Below are positions 20,559 to 30,740 of a DNA stretch of 64,000 nucleotides, piece by piece. This stretch comes from a virus. Taxonomy: Duplodnaviria > Caudoviricetes. A program made the translations under genes and the position numbers. The notes beneath the pieces were generated by a model. The model was not told where the DNA came from. It saw only the letters and a list, made by a program, of their open reading frames with translations, and made no database searches. Numbering within the stretch: the first letter of the stretch is position 1; each line of letters starts with the position of its first letter. The stretch lies in the IMG/VR virus record IMGVR_UViG_3300023047_000002; one strand, given 5' to 3'.

Positions 20559-22277
20559 TTACATGGTACGGAAAATGTCACTGATGATACTGTCAGCAAG
20601 TTCGGAAACACTGTTAAATTCAGCCACGTCATAAACTCCCATCATCTGATGAGTATCAGCATACCGAACCTCAACACGGTCCCAAATATCAATCTCGAAT
20701 TTCAAGTAATTACGTATCGTCAAGATACCACGATGTGCTGTCAACATCTTGTAGGAGCATGTGTACATGGAATTTATACCATGCTGTCGTTTATTTCGTT
20801 TAAACGCATCAACGAGAGCCGGCATGAGTTCCTCGTATTCAATACAGTTAGCTTCGTATTTTCTTCTGTAAGAACGAACGCTTCTTGACTCTTTTTTGCC
20901 CTTCTCAAGCAATGACTTTTTACTGTTCAAGTACGCTTTCACATCAGCTGCAGGAGACTGAGTATCTTCAACAATCTGAACGTCATCATAGACATCGAAC
21001 AAAGACACATGATTGCCGTGAACGCTTACACGGATGCACAGGATTTCTTCATCGCTGTGCCCGTTTGTGTAAGCATACGAACCAAACAGGATATAGTTAT
21101 GTGACTTGGTTTCGATATCAACCTTTGCGCACATGTTAAACGGAACTTTGAACCCAAAGAAGTCCTCCATAATGACGCTTGAGTTCAAGAAATCGAGCAT
21201 CACCTGTTTAATGTCGCTTATGGTTGAATTGGTATCCATGATACGTTCATTCGCACTGGTTTTCAGAGACGGACGAAGTTTGCGAAGTTCGTTCTTTCCA
21301 AACACAAGTGAATATTTTTCAAGTCTACGCTTGGATGTTCTACGTTTTGACTCGCCAGTAACGGTATCATACAACGAATCGTAGTCAATCTCATCTTCAG
21401 ACATACCATAATCGTCACGTGTCATTGGATTGAAGTCAAGGTTTTCATCAGGACGCTCGCACATGTAATCGACAGCAACAGATTCCCACAGGCGAGACCA
21501 CATGTCTTCAGCATGATTGCGTGGATGACACCATTCACGTAACTGCAATGTGATTACAGAAATCATATCCTTCAATGACATTTCACGAGACACTGTAACA
21601 ATGCCGTCAGAAGTAAGACCAAACTTTGGCAATTTCTTTGTCAAAGCATTGACCTTTGGGTCTTGCCAGTTAAAAGGAACAAGACCCGGTGATGTAATTT
21701 TCAGTTTTGAAAAAACAGTGTAATATTCTGCATTGTCATTTGCTCCAAGGGATTCAAGCATGGCAGAAATGGACAATTCTCTAACAGTTCCGTTATCTGC
21801 AATGGTGAACTCACGAACATCGACAGTCTCATCATTGCGACCAGTTCCCGGAGTGACATCCACACGAATTTCATCAAAGATGTCAGACATGCGGGCGTCA
21901 TCGTCATCTTTAAAGAAATTCGAGCAAACGATTTCAATGTCTTCTGCTGTTACATCAATGTGAGAAGCCAAAAGCTCCATGGCATCTTCACGGGTAGAGT
22001 TCGGATTGTCAGACAGAACAATCAGAGTTGGGTATAAAGGAATATTCCCATCCTGCTGCAAACGCATAAAGACAAACGTGAAATGACTTCCCAACACGTT
22101 TGAAATGTCTTCCTGCGTGCCTTTCGATACCTGTTCCAACGTCTGACGTGAAGGATAAAACACATCCCATCCATCACGAAGAAGAACGGTAGCGATTGCT
22201 TTTGCTGTCATCCAGTAGGTGCCAATATGGCTTTCGTACCGTTTGTTTACACGATTATATTTGTTTAATCTTATCAT
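20559..22277 (-). CDS. Multi-domain hypothetical protein with basic E-S/A linkers (probable start MIRLNK)
   Basis: GGAG RBS; NRVNKRYES, GESKRRTSKRRLE, KKESRSVRSYRRKYEA. Confidence 0.7.
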   Translation of the reverse strand: MIRLNKYNRVNKRYESHIGTYWMTAKAIATVLLRDGWDVFYPSRQTLEQVSKGTQEDISNVLGSHFTFVFMRLQQDGNIPLYPTLIVLSDNPNSTREDAMELLASHIDVTAEDIEIVCSNFFKDDDDARMSDIFDEIRVDVTPGTGRNDETVDVREFTIADNGTVRELSISAMLESLGANDNAEYYTVFSKLKITSPGLVPFNWQDPKVNALTKKLPKFGLTSDGIVTVSREMSLKDMISVITLQLREWCHPRNHAEDMWSRLWESVAVDYMCERPDENLDFNPMTRDDYGMSEDEIDYDSLYDTVTGESKRRTSKRRLEKYSLVFGKNELRKLRPSLKTSANERIMDTNSTISDIKQVMLDFLNSSVIMEDFFGFKVPFNMCAKVDIETKSHNYILFGSYAYTNGHSDEEILCIRVSVHGNHVSLFDVYDDVQIVEDTQSPAADVKAYLNSKKSLLEKGKKESRSVRSYRRKYEANCIEYEELMPALVDAFKRNKRQHGINSMYTCSYKMLTAHRGILTIRNYLKFEIDIWDRVEVRYADTHQMMGVYDVAEFNSVSELADSIISDIFRTM

Positions 22278-22338
22278 AACACGACAACTCCAAAAAGGTA
22301 AGAGACACAAGCCTGAGAAGTTCGATATACAATAGCTT

Positions 22339-23469
22339 TTAATCTTCAGAACGGACAGGTAGTAAAGGACCACCCTGAGTGTACCCGATAAGCAGTCCGC
22401 CACCTACATGAACCATACTGTTATTGTTGTACCATGTTCCGATAGGTCTGTGATTCGGCGTAGTCATAACAAATCGCTTGGTATCCAGGTAACCCTTTAA
22501 CGTATCGCCCCACATAATTCTGTATGTGTAAGGGTCAGATTCCTCTTCAGAATACCCTGCGAACACAGCGATACGGGCAAATCTGTCTTTACCTAAGACA
22601 GCAGGGATATACGTCTTTAAACTCAGATAATGAGAATCGATATGAAGATGACAAGGAACCCACACGCTCATGTTATTGTTTGCGTTCATGCACGCTGCAT
22701 ATGCAACACCGGGTTTTGTATGCAATGGAAAAGCAAAGTCCTCATCAGAACCTATGCCACAGTCATCAATAGGAGGATAATTCTCATCAGCATCAAGACT
22801 CAGACGGACCGCCAGATACCTTGAACAGTATGATGTATCTCGGTCAGGGTAAAGAAGTTCTCCCATAAGCGAACCACATGCGAACCCCCTAAGATGATCT
22901 TCATCGGACATCTTATGTGAAAAACCATATACCGTGTAACCATCCGAAACAACAATGTAGGAGTAATATTCGTCAGTTCGATTGATGTCTAAAAAAGACT
23001 TAACCATTCTATTACGTGCACCAACAGTTCCGACAAAAGGAGTACTTTGAAAAGGCTTTTTGAGTCCCGTCACATTACCATCATCGTCACGTAGGAACTC
23101 AAATTTTTCTGAACTCGTCGGAGGCACAACAGAACACATAAGACCGCCAGCATATTGACCTGGATGTGTCTGCCCGCACTCATCCTTACCGACCGATGCA
23201 GGGAGACAAAAAGTCATGAACGACTCAGGGACAGCAGAGACATTCATGGCAAAGCACGCTTTCAAACCAGAATCATGCACAAGCAGAATATAGACAATCT
23301 CAGGAAGAACCGCCAATGATTCATCCCAAGTACCTACAAGATTCCACCCATGGTCAATAAGAGATAAAGCAACTCCTGTTAGTACACCACGTGCACCATC
23401 CATATCCGATGTAAAAGTTCCGCCACGGAAAGAATATTCTGAACGCTGAAAAATGCCTACATCTGCCAT
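22339..23469 (-). CDS. Hypothetical protein, possibly structural
   Basis: 376-aa ORF, no recognised motif. Confidence 0.6.
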   Translation of the reverse strand: MADVGIFQRSEYSFRGGTFTSDMDGARGVLTGVALSLIDHGWNLVGTWDESLAVLPEIVYILLVHDSGLKACFAMNVSAVPESFMTFCLPASVGKDECGQTHPGQYAGGLMCSVVPPTSSEKFEFLRDDDGNVTGLKKPFQSTPFVGTVGARNRMVKSFLDINRTDEYYSYIVVSDGYTVYGFSHKMSDEDHLRGFACGSLMGELLYPDRDTSYCSRYLAVRLSLDADENYPPIDDCGIGSDEDFAFPLHTKPGVAYAACMNANNNMSVWVPCHLHIDSHYLSLKTYIPAVLGKDRFARIAVFAGYSEEESDPYTYRIMWGDTLKGYLDTKRFVMTTPNHRPIGTWYNNNSMVHVGGGLLIGYTQGGPLLPVRSED

Positions 23470-23519
23470 AACACTACTCTTTTCTGATTACGTCTTACAC
23501 TGTTATAACAAAGTCTGAA

Positions 23520-24545
23520 TCAGTCTTCATCACGAAGCTGCTCAAGCGTCCACTCTTCAAGTATCTGGACAGGCTCGACAACCTTTCCATCAAGAAGGTA
23601 TGACATATCCTCATTCATGCACAAGTCCAAAAGACGTTTTACACCTTTTGATGCCCCATACTGACCGCTTGTGAATGGATCCGCAGTAGAAACGAATTTA
23701 CCTGCTACAGATTTATTTTTTAACGTATCCATAAAGTCTTCATAACCTGAGCCAACGGCGGCTGAGATAAAAGCGTCAGATGCTTTAACCAAAAGAAGGC
23801 GTGATTGGACTTTTGCTTTTGGGTCGTCATGCAGGAAATCCCAGGCATCCTGAAATCCAACCTGCGGTTTGTTAGTCCTAAAGAACCTAAGGTTCGTCAT
23901 GCTTTCATCAGCATCAATGTAGTAATAGCAAAACTCAGCCGACATGCGTGCAGTTTTAAACACAGGGAACATAGCTTTTTCGTGTTCTGCAAAACGTGTA
24001 ATACTCAAGTCATCAATTCCAACGCTTTTACGGTTTACGATATCGGCATTATCACGCCATCGTTTACCATGACCACCCTCACGATTGCTTTCAAGCACTT
24101 CACGTAAATCAGAGTACTGCATGAATGTCAGTGCATGACACATTTCATGTGCCAGCGTGTCACGTAAATCATGCAGTGAATTGAACACCGTATCTTTGCT
24201 AATTGTTATTCCAGTCGAAACAAATCCGATACGTTGATTTACCCATCCATTTTCACGAAGATGGGTCATCGCTGAAAACACAGGAAGATAGCTGAAACAT
24301 CCAAGCGTACCAATACCTATACTGTCATACTTTACCCATTCATCCTTCCAACCGTTAAGTCGGAAATACCCATCGAAATAAAGGTCATCTATATCGTGAA
24401 ACAGATCAACAAGAAACACATCAGTCTTCCAATTTTCCCGGTCGATACGGTTTTTTATACGTCCACGTTTAGGTGGATTTGACTGCTGTGTATCGTCAGA
24501 TTCGTTTCGTTTATTCCGTATTGAATTTCGTTTTCTGATAAGCAT
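23520..24545 (-). CDS. SprT-like zinc metalloprotease with basic leader (probable start MLIRKR)
   Basis: DTLAHEMCHA and GHGKRW SprT signature; leader MLIRKRNSIRNKRNES. Confidence 0.8.
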   Translation of the reverse strand: MLIRKRNSIRNKRNESDDTQQSNPPKRGRIKNRIDRENWKTDVFLVDLFHDIDDLYFDGYFRLNGWKDEWVKYDSIGIGTLGCFSYLPVFSAMTHLRENGWVNQRIGFVSTGITISKDTVFNSLHDLRDTLAHEMCHALTFMQYSDLREVLESNREGGHGKRWRDNADIVNRKSVGIDDLSITRFAEHEKAMFPVFKTARMSAEFCYYYIDADESMTNLRFFRTNKPQVGFQDAWDFLHDDPKAKVQSRLLLVKASDAFISAAVGSGYEDFMDTLKNKSVAGKFVSTADPFTSGQYGASKGVKRLLDLCMNEDMSYLLDGKVVEPVQILEEWTLEQLRDED

Positions 24546-24705
24546 TGAGACTCCCAGCTCGTCGTCTGATAAAACAAACAGATTAAGACAGTATGTTTGA
24601 TTTATAATGATACGCAAACCACACGTTGATTTAGATGGTTTTGTAGTTCACGACAGGATGCATCTTCTTTGTCAAAGCCTATTTAACGCTTTTACGATTT
24701 ACCAT

Positions 24706-24954
24706 AAGCGAGCCGAAAGCCAACGGTCTTTAGACCGTGGGTAAGGCGAACAATATTACCCATAACAAATTATCCTTGAAACAAAAACAGAATTATGTTA
24801 TCTACTTCTAAATTCCTACGGAACATAGGAATACAATGCAAGCGGAGAATAAGTCCTCTGGCAAGCACTCAAAGTCTAAAAAGAGTTTGAAGAAAACTAA
24901 GTCTTGTTCGTTGAAACTTGAAGCCCATTCGCCTTTAGGCGGTGGGTAGTTCAC
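24706..24954 (+). mobile_element. Non-autonomous IS200/IS605-family mini-element: left end, omegaRNA-like scaffold and right end, no ORF
   Basis: Follows CCAT; LE-like hairpin aagccaacggtc-ttta-gaccgtggg; 3' gaagcccattcgcctttaggcggtgggtagttcac typical of tnpB right ends; removal rejoins flanks into tttacga..tcgtaaa inverted repeat. Confidence 0.75.
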
Positions 24955-25046
24955 TCGTAAACAGACAGAAAAAGTTCAGATTTTAATCAACATGGCGTCA
25001 CATAGAACGTAGTATTTAAAACCAAACAATTTTGATGCGTAGAGTG

Positions 25047-25124
25047 CTCAAATTTGCCCTGTACTAAAAAGTTACGACATTACCCTGGTAAGTACTAGGG
25101 TAAAATAAAAAATCGCGTAGAACG
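25047..25124. repeat. Dispersed 78-bp structured element, copy 2
   Basis: Reverse complement 65/78 identical to 1-78. Confidence 0.85.
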
Positions 25125-25157
25125 CAATTTAGAAGCATTCTACGCTATTTTTATTTT

Positions 25158-25255
25158 CACCGGGCTAAATCAGGGTGTGCTATGTCTATCTGATTTAGCC
25201 CGTGGGCTTGCGGACTCTTTGGTCAACTACCCACCCGCTAAATCCTATGGGAGGA
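25158..25255 (-). mobile_element. IS200/IS605-like end remnants (RE-like gggtagttgac abutting LE-like ccgcaagcccacgggctaaatc)
   Basis: 13-bp IR at 25161-25173/25190-25202; near identity to the LE at 35041-35082. Confidence 0.55.
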
Positions 25256-25271
25256 ATGCGATCCACCAGAT

Positions 25272-25305
25272 GAAAACGAGAGCGTTTTCATGCACTCTCG
25301 TTTTC
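25272..25305. terminator. Stem-loop downstream of the 1790-aa gene
   Basis: gaaaacgagag / ctctcgttttc inverted repeat. Confidence 0.55.
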
Positions 25306-25331
25306 TAGTTTACCAACAATTAAGTGGAATT

Positions 25332-28300
25332 CTACACCTCGACAATCCTGACGATCTCTTCAGAGCCGTGTTCGTCATCCACGGGAACAGCTACTCCACA
25401 ATCGAAGAACTCTGCGTCTTCCTCTGTTGTAGTGAACTTCCAAAGAACGGTAAGAATGTCACCCACAGATTCTCCCTCATCCTCCTGAGAATCAACGACG
25501 ACTGCGTCCTGTCCTGTCAAAGGAACAACTATTCTGTTCATAATCCAATATTCCTCAAGTTCTTTAACGTTTATGCAAGCATAATATTCAACAGGTGAAG
25601 ACTCAGAGGCTATTCTGTACATGACCACACTGTCGTTTTCATCAACATACGCTGCATCGACATGAGCGACATTCTGACGGGAATCAAGATATTCAAGAAG
25701 TGCAGCTTCCTCATCGCTACTTAAAGAATCTCCACTCCCATCAGCCTTTGACAGTGGGATAGACATACGCTGTGTACCGAGATAGACATTAAAGTCCGCA
25801 ACGTCTAAGAACGTATTGCTAGAACCCTGTTTGTTTCTGGTAACATCGGCAGAAGGTATGAACACACGAAGTGCTTCCGTACTCTCATTGACATCAGGTG
25901 TCGTCGGATCATCGACGGAAATATGAGAATCAGCATTGTTCATTTCACTACGTGCCATTTCAACGCAGATATAACGGAATCCGTCTTCGTCGCTCACAAC
26001 ACTAAAATCCTCAAATGTCGTATCCTCTTCAAACACATGCAATACAGGTGCATCAGACATATCCCACAGGTAAGCCTTTGCATTTGCGTGAACAGTAACG
26101 GTTTCGTCATTGATGGAGACTGCCTCGGACGGAACCTGTACGATGATACAATTGTCGTCCTTAATCCATGCAGCATGTGTCTGAGTTGCAGATAGAACTA
26201 CCGTAACCTCATAGTATGTATGAATGTCAGAAGGATCTGAGTCATCTACGAGCTTACGTGAAGGAACCATGTACAGGCTATGTGCGATAACAGGGTTTCC
26301 GATATCGTAAAGCAACGGAGAAACAAACGGAGTGTTTGCTTTATGGAACAGCTGTACGTTATGTACTATAGGCTCAGCGATTCGTACAAAACCTTTACGA
26401 AGGTAAAGACCAGAGTAAATACCAGAGTTCTGAGCTATACGGTAGAACACGATTTCTCCGTCCTGCTTGACTGCTTTATCCACATGGAACTCTGTGAACG
26501 CACTGTCAAGGTCTGAAACGGATATGTTGAGCGTTTCATACGATGCAGATGTAGAATAATCACTGTACAGCTGAACCTGCTGATAGCGTGGGAAGACCTG
26601 TAAATCACAGTCTTCAAAAGTTACAGAATGAACAGGTTCAAGGCATTCTTCCAACGCCCATATGATAACGTTCCCAAGTACGTCACCTTGTGACGAGATT
26701 CCAACCTCAAATCCGTAATAACGAGACCCTGAATGAGAAACCATATATTTTGGCGTAAGCCGTGTGTTCGGAATAACGAAGGAATAAGCAAGAACATTAA
26801 CGCCGCCTGTTCCATCGAGAACCATAGGCTGCTTCAAAGAAACACGTGTACTTCTGTACGCATCAGTCACAACACCAGGTGCGATATAGACACAGTTCGG
26901 ATTGTCCAAATTCTTTAACATAACCGTGTCAGGACTTACGGACGAAAGTTCACTCTCCTCAAGGGTCTCACCATTAAACATGTACGTCATCGGAGCAAGA
27001 GCGGCTGCTTTATCCTTAAGGTAAAACTGAGGGAGTGAACTACCTTGGTAAATCTCATTGATGACAGAGAACTGACTTGCGATACGTGAAACATTGACAG
27101 AATGAATAACACCTGTGTCTTCATTAACAGAAAGATGAATGACACCACCTGCACATACACAGGATTTTGTAAACGTCACGAGATCTCCTGGGTGGAACAC
27201 AGGAGTGTAGTAATCGAATGCATCGCTTTCAGCAATGTCTCCGTCAGTCGAGTCGATTCCTGCTACAGTTGATGTATCATCAGGGTTGCCGATGAACACA
27301 GCCCTCAAGTTCTCATTAGCTACCTCAACCACATAAATGTTGTCGGTGGATGGTTGAAGATTCACATCTTCAACGATACTGATGTAAACTTCATTACCTT
27401 CAATTTCTGCAAGCAAAATAGTGTCCTCTCCTTGGAGGTTGTTACTGCTGCTACCAAGAAGTTTGAGGAAGAATCCGTGAGGATCTCGTTCTTCTTGCTG
27501 TGCGCTGGACAGACCTTCAAGAGACGAAGACTGCCATATCTTTATCGGAGAGGGCGTGCCACTTGTAAGAGATGGATTTTCATGCTCACTTACAACTGTA
27601 GGATCTTTCGTGACCCACACATCCTTGGGCTCGCTGAAACGAATGAATGAGAGTTCCTCTGTAGCTTCAAGGATTTCTTCCGGATAAGCGTAACCATCAT
27701 CAGAGATGTAATAAACAGACTCACTTGCGAAACTTGGAGAATGGATTGAAATTCTAAGTTTCTTGACGAAATTAGGAACTGTGCCTACAGTCACTTCTTT
27801 AGTTCCGTATGTATCAATGGGCAATACTCCATCACTTCCGCAAGCAGTAACGGTCTTGACAAAGTAACTGCACACTGTATGTGTGTCAGAACCGCCTTGA
27901 CCTTCGATCACCTTTAATGCATTACTTCCAAGCTCTTCCTCTACAAAACGATACTCGTCATTTCCAGTTTCATCAGCAAATCGATACATTCGAACCATGA
28001 CGCCGTGATCAGGCCCATAATTACCTTCGTAAGAAATTACATTCATGTAATCATTTGTACGTCTCACAAGATAACGACCGCCATCAGGAGAGACATGCTC
28101 AAATAACGTTTCCGAAGGCTGATAAACATTGGTATGAATATTTTGAACACCTTGAATAACACGGTTCCATACGTTCAGAGCTGTAAAAACACTGTTGACG
28201 GGAACATTGATCTCGCTTTCATTCCAATGAAGATGTGCAGGTACAGTACCTTCCATGACAATGTACGCGTAATTACCTCCACCTGCATTAAAATAAATCT

Positions 28301-30704
28301 CATTCTGAACAGGAATCCTGGCTGATTTACGTTCATCATTAGAACCCCAATTAGAACCCCAGAAGCACAGAGCTCCATCGTCATCTATTATCCATCGCTT
28401 TGACTCAACAGTCTCACAATAAAGCGTACCCTCTTCACCGGAAAGAAGACCTTCCTGAGTTATCTGCACTGTAACGGAGTCTGTCGAAGTCCATGTGGTT
28501 GATACGTCACCGTCAAGATATGGAACACACTGTTTGTACGTAATAGAACTACCGAGTATCTTACAGTCTATACCGACCTGACGTGTCACTTTCTCATACA
28601 GAGTTTCATTCGTAAACTTACCTGAATCGATACCGATACCCCAACGGCTTTCAAACAAGACGCCAAAAGAATTAGTAAGGTCAACAGTGGATCCGGCAGG
28701 AATTACTTCTGCTTCGGAAGCACCTGGGAACGGAGTGCGTTTTAACGAAATGTCATTAGGCGTAAAGTTCTTGACTTTATCACCTTCTGCCAATGCATAC
28801 ATTATAGGTATAATGACATCAACATACCGTGCAATGTACGTAACGCCTTCTTCCTCGTCGCCTTCGAGCAGCTTGACATAACGATAAGATCCATGGACAC
28901 ACTGACCAAGAATCTTAAACACGTGATCCCCTGTAATGGCATGATCATTATCAAGGATAGCATCATCTGTGCTTGAAACATAATCATCTACAACAAAAGC
29001 AACCACAGGAATAAGGCTTTCACCTCGTAAGGAACACAGATATGAACCATTAAACTGAAGCATGTTATCGCTGTCAGCGACGAAAGTTCCAAAGTCAGGT
29101 ATGAATTCCAAGCGTATACTGACGCCTAACATACCGATTGGGCATTTGCATAAGGTACCGTTGTGCGTAAACTGAAAAGTGTCTACATTCTTTCTCACAA
29201 GCTGAACATTGTCACCGTAGTGAAGAACGTATGGCTCCTCGTCTTCCACGGTTAAAGCAGACACCTGAAGCATAGCGTATGCATTTCCTGTAAGCTCTTC
29301 CTCAACCAGTCCGAGATCCTGCTTAACCGTGATGTAAACGCATTCTTTAACACGCACATTATGACCATCAACAACAGTAGGCTCGATTTCGGAGAAGATG
29401 TAGTTTCCATCAGATGCACGGCCATTTACCCAACCACGACGCGTAGATACACCAGCAGATTCCTCCAAAGAAATCGGTGTATCTGACGTAATATGGAACC
29501 ATGCCCTTCCGCTCTTGTCATACACTACCATATCTGCAGGATACACGGAACCGACAGAAAGTTTACCGAAAGTACGTCCCTCGTTATTTTCAAGGCTGAA
29601 CGATGGACGTAGCATAACAGCTTGAGTAACGGTAACCGTCGTATTCTGTAATGCAATACATGGATTATCATTTACAAAAATAAACGCATCATAGTTCGTG
29701 ATCGTTTCTTTCACGTCAGGAGTAAAAATGTTGATCTCTGGAACGATGCCGTTTACGTCCATAGACTCAACTTTCCAACGAGATCCGATGCTTGAGAGTG
29801 CACCCTCAATTTCTACACGCTGCGTAAGCTCAATATACTGTAAAGGCTTTGAAGGGTACACATTGTAATCAACATGACACCCGTCAATGGTCACAATTAC
29901 CGTACCGCCGTCATTAGACAATGAAAGTTCGAGATAGTTCTTCCACTGACGTGAGACTTCATGCGTCGTATGAGCCTCAAGTATCGTAACATTCTCATTG
30001 CCATTGACGAGACAATGCTTTTGAGTGTCCCCAACGGTAAGCTGTGCATTGACAGGAACCGCGTTAGCATAGAATTCATCAGGGACTTCACTTACGTAAC
30101 CCACGATAACGTCATTGCTGACGAGGACGTATTTCTGAGCGTCCGGAGAATCCTCAAGCGTAATAATACTATGCCCGTTATAAGATCCAACTACCCATGC
30201 AACGATATTACCTCCGGTAGTTGTAGAAACATCACCTGCCTTGTAAACATTAATATCTCCGTCTGTCTTAAACAGTTCCTGGATATGTTGTGCTGATGGA
30301 CGGAGCTGAACTTTCTCTGAGTGATCATTGATAGTGAACTCTGGCTCACATTCTTCTATCTTCAAAAGCAAGCTGATATCGCCATAACGCTTGTACTGTG
30401 AAACTCCGCTTCGGAGGAAACGTATCTTCTCATCGCCTGTATTAATATTTTTGCATTTGGTGAGTGATGTGTCAACTGTAGCACGTGGAACTACTGAGCT
30501 ATCTGTGATCTCACGTGCATGTTCCTTCATGCTGTCTAAATAAGTTGCACTGAGGAATACATAACGCTTCTGCCAAATCTGCTCAACGATATCCTTATCA
30601 GGATTAAAAGAGTCCATGATTGAACCAAGAGTTCCTGATGTAACGCTGTACAGTGTCTGGTTGCCAGTGGCAGGATTCTGACCAATAAAGAAAATCGTAC
30701 TCAT
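25332..30704 (-). CDS. Very large acidic tail/baseplate-associated protein with SH3b-like segments
   Basis: 1790 aa, beta-rich, in the tail block; segments such as MLRPSFS..GKLSVG..WFHI and LKRTPFPGASEAEVIPAGS. Confidence 0.55.
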   Translation of the reverse strand: MSTIFFIGQNPATGNQTLYSVTSGTLGSIMDSFNPDKDIVEQIWQKRYVFLSATYLDSMKEHAREITDSSVVPRATVDTSLTKCKNINTGDEKIRFLRSGVSQYKRYGDISLLLKIEECEPEFTINDHSEKVQLRPSAQHIQELFKTDGDINVYKAGDVSTTTGGNIVAWVVGSYNGHSIITLEDSPDAQKYVLVSNDVIVGYVSEVPDEFYANAVPVNAQLTVGDTQKHCLVNGNENVTILEAHTTHEVSRQWKNYLELSLSNDGGTVIVTIDGCHVDYNVYPSKPLQYIELTQRVEIEGALSSIGSRWKVESMDVNGIVPEINIFTPDVKETITNYDAFIFVNDNPCIALQNTTVTVTQAVMLRPSFSLENNEGRTFGKLSVGSVYPADMVVYDKSGRAWFHITSDTPISLEESAGVSTRRGWVNGRASDGNYIFSEIEPTVVDGHNVRVKECVYITVKQDLGLVEEELTGNAYAMLQVSALTVEDEEPYVLHYGDNVQLVRKNVDTFQFTHNGTLCKCPIGMLGVSIRLEFIPDFGTFVADSDNMLQFNGSYLCSLRGESLIPVVAFVVDDYVSSTDDAILDNDHAITGDHVFKILGQCVHGSYRYVKLLEGDEEEGVTYIARYVDVIIPIMYALAEGDKVKNFTPNDISLKRTPFPGASEAEVIPAGSTVDLTNSFGVLFESRWGIGIDSGKFTNETLYEKVTRQVGIDCKILGSSITYKQCVPYLDGDVSTTWTSTDSVTVQITQEGLLSGEEGTLYCETVESKRWIIDDDGALCFWGSNWGSNDERKSARIPVQNEIYFNAGGGNYAYIVMEGTVPAHLHWNESEINVPVNSVFTALNVWNRVIQGVQNIHTNVYQPSETLFEHVSPDGGRYLVRRTNDYMNVISYEGNYGPDHGVMVRMYRFADETGNDEYRFVEEELGSNALKVIEGQGGSDTHTVCSYFVKTVTACGSDGVLPIDTYGTKEVTVGTVPNFVKKLRISIHSPSFASESVYYISDDGYAYPEEILEATEELSFIRFSEPKDVWVTKDPTVVSEHENPSLTSGTPSPIKIWQSSSLEGLSSAQQEERDPHGFFLKLLGSSSNNLQGEDTILLAEIEGNEVYISIVEDVNLQPSTDNIYVVEVANENLRAVFIGNPDDTSTVAGIDSTDGDIAESDAFDYYTPVFHPGDLVTFTKSCVCAGGVIHLSVNEDTGVIHSVNVSRIASQFSVINEIYQGSSLPQFYLKDKAAALAPMTYMFNGETLEESELSSVSPDTVMLKNLDNPNCVYIAPGVVTDAYRSTRVSLKQPMVLDGTGGVNVLAYSFVIPNTRLTPKYMVSHSGSRYYGFEVGISSQGDVLGNVIIWALEECLEPVHSVTFEDCDLQVFPRYQQVQLYSDYSTSASYETLNISVSDLDSAFTEFHVDKAVKQDGEIVFYRIAQNSGIYSGLYLRKGFVRIAEPIVHNVQLFHKANTPFVSPLLYDIGNPVIAHSLYMVPSRKLVDDSDPSDIHTYYEVTVVLSATQTHAAWIKDDNCIIVQVPSEAVSINDETVTVHANAKAYLWDMSDAPVLHVFEEDTTFEDFSVVSDEDGFRYICVEMARSEMNNADSHISVDDPTTPDVNESTEALRVFIPSADVTRNKQGSSNTFLDVADFNVYLGTQRMSIPLSKADGSGDSLSSDEEAALLEYLDSRQNVAHVDAAYVDENDSVVMYRIASESSPVEYYACINVKELEEYWIMNRIVVPLTGQDAVVVDSQEDEGESVGDILTVLWKFTTTEEDAEFFDCGVAVPVDDEHGSEEIVRIVEV

Positions 30705-30740
30705 ATCTTTAAACTCCTTTTCAAAACAAGGATTAACGGA

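Noticed and set aside
24955-24975. In-window targets for the predicted omegaRNA guides
   Set aside because: No convincing second match found by eye for the guides at 24955, 34762 or 52113; needs a real search.
24600-25330. CRISPR array or tRNA cluster in the large intergenic gap
   Set aside because: No regularly spaced direct repeats or cloverleaf/T-loop signatures; the content is explained by IS-like ends and hairpins.
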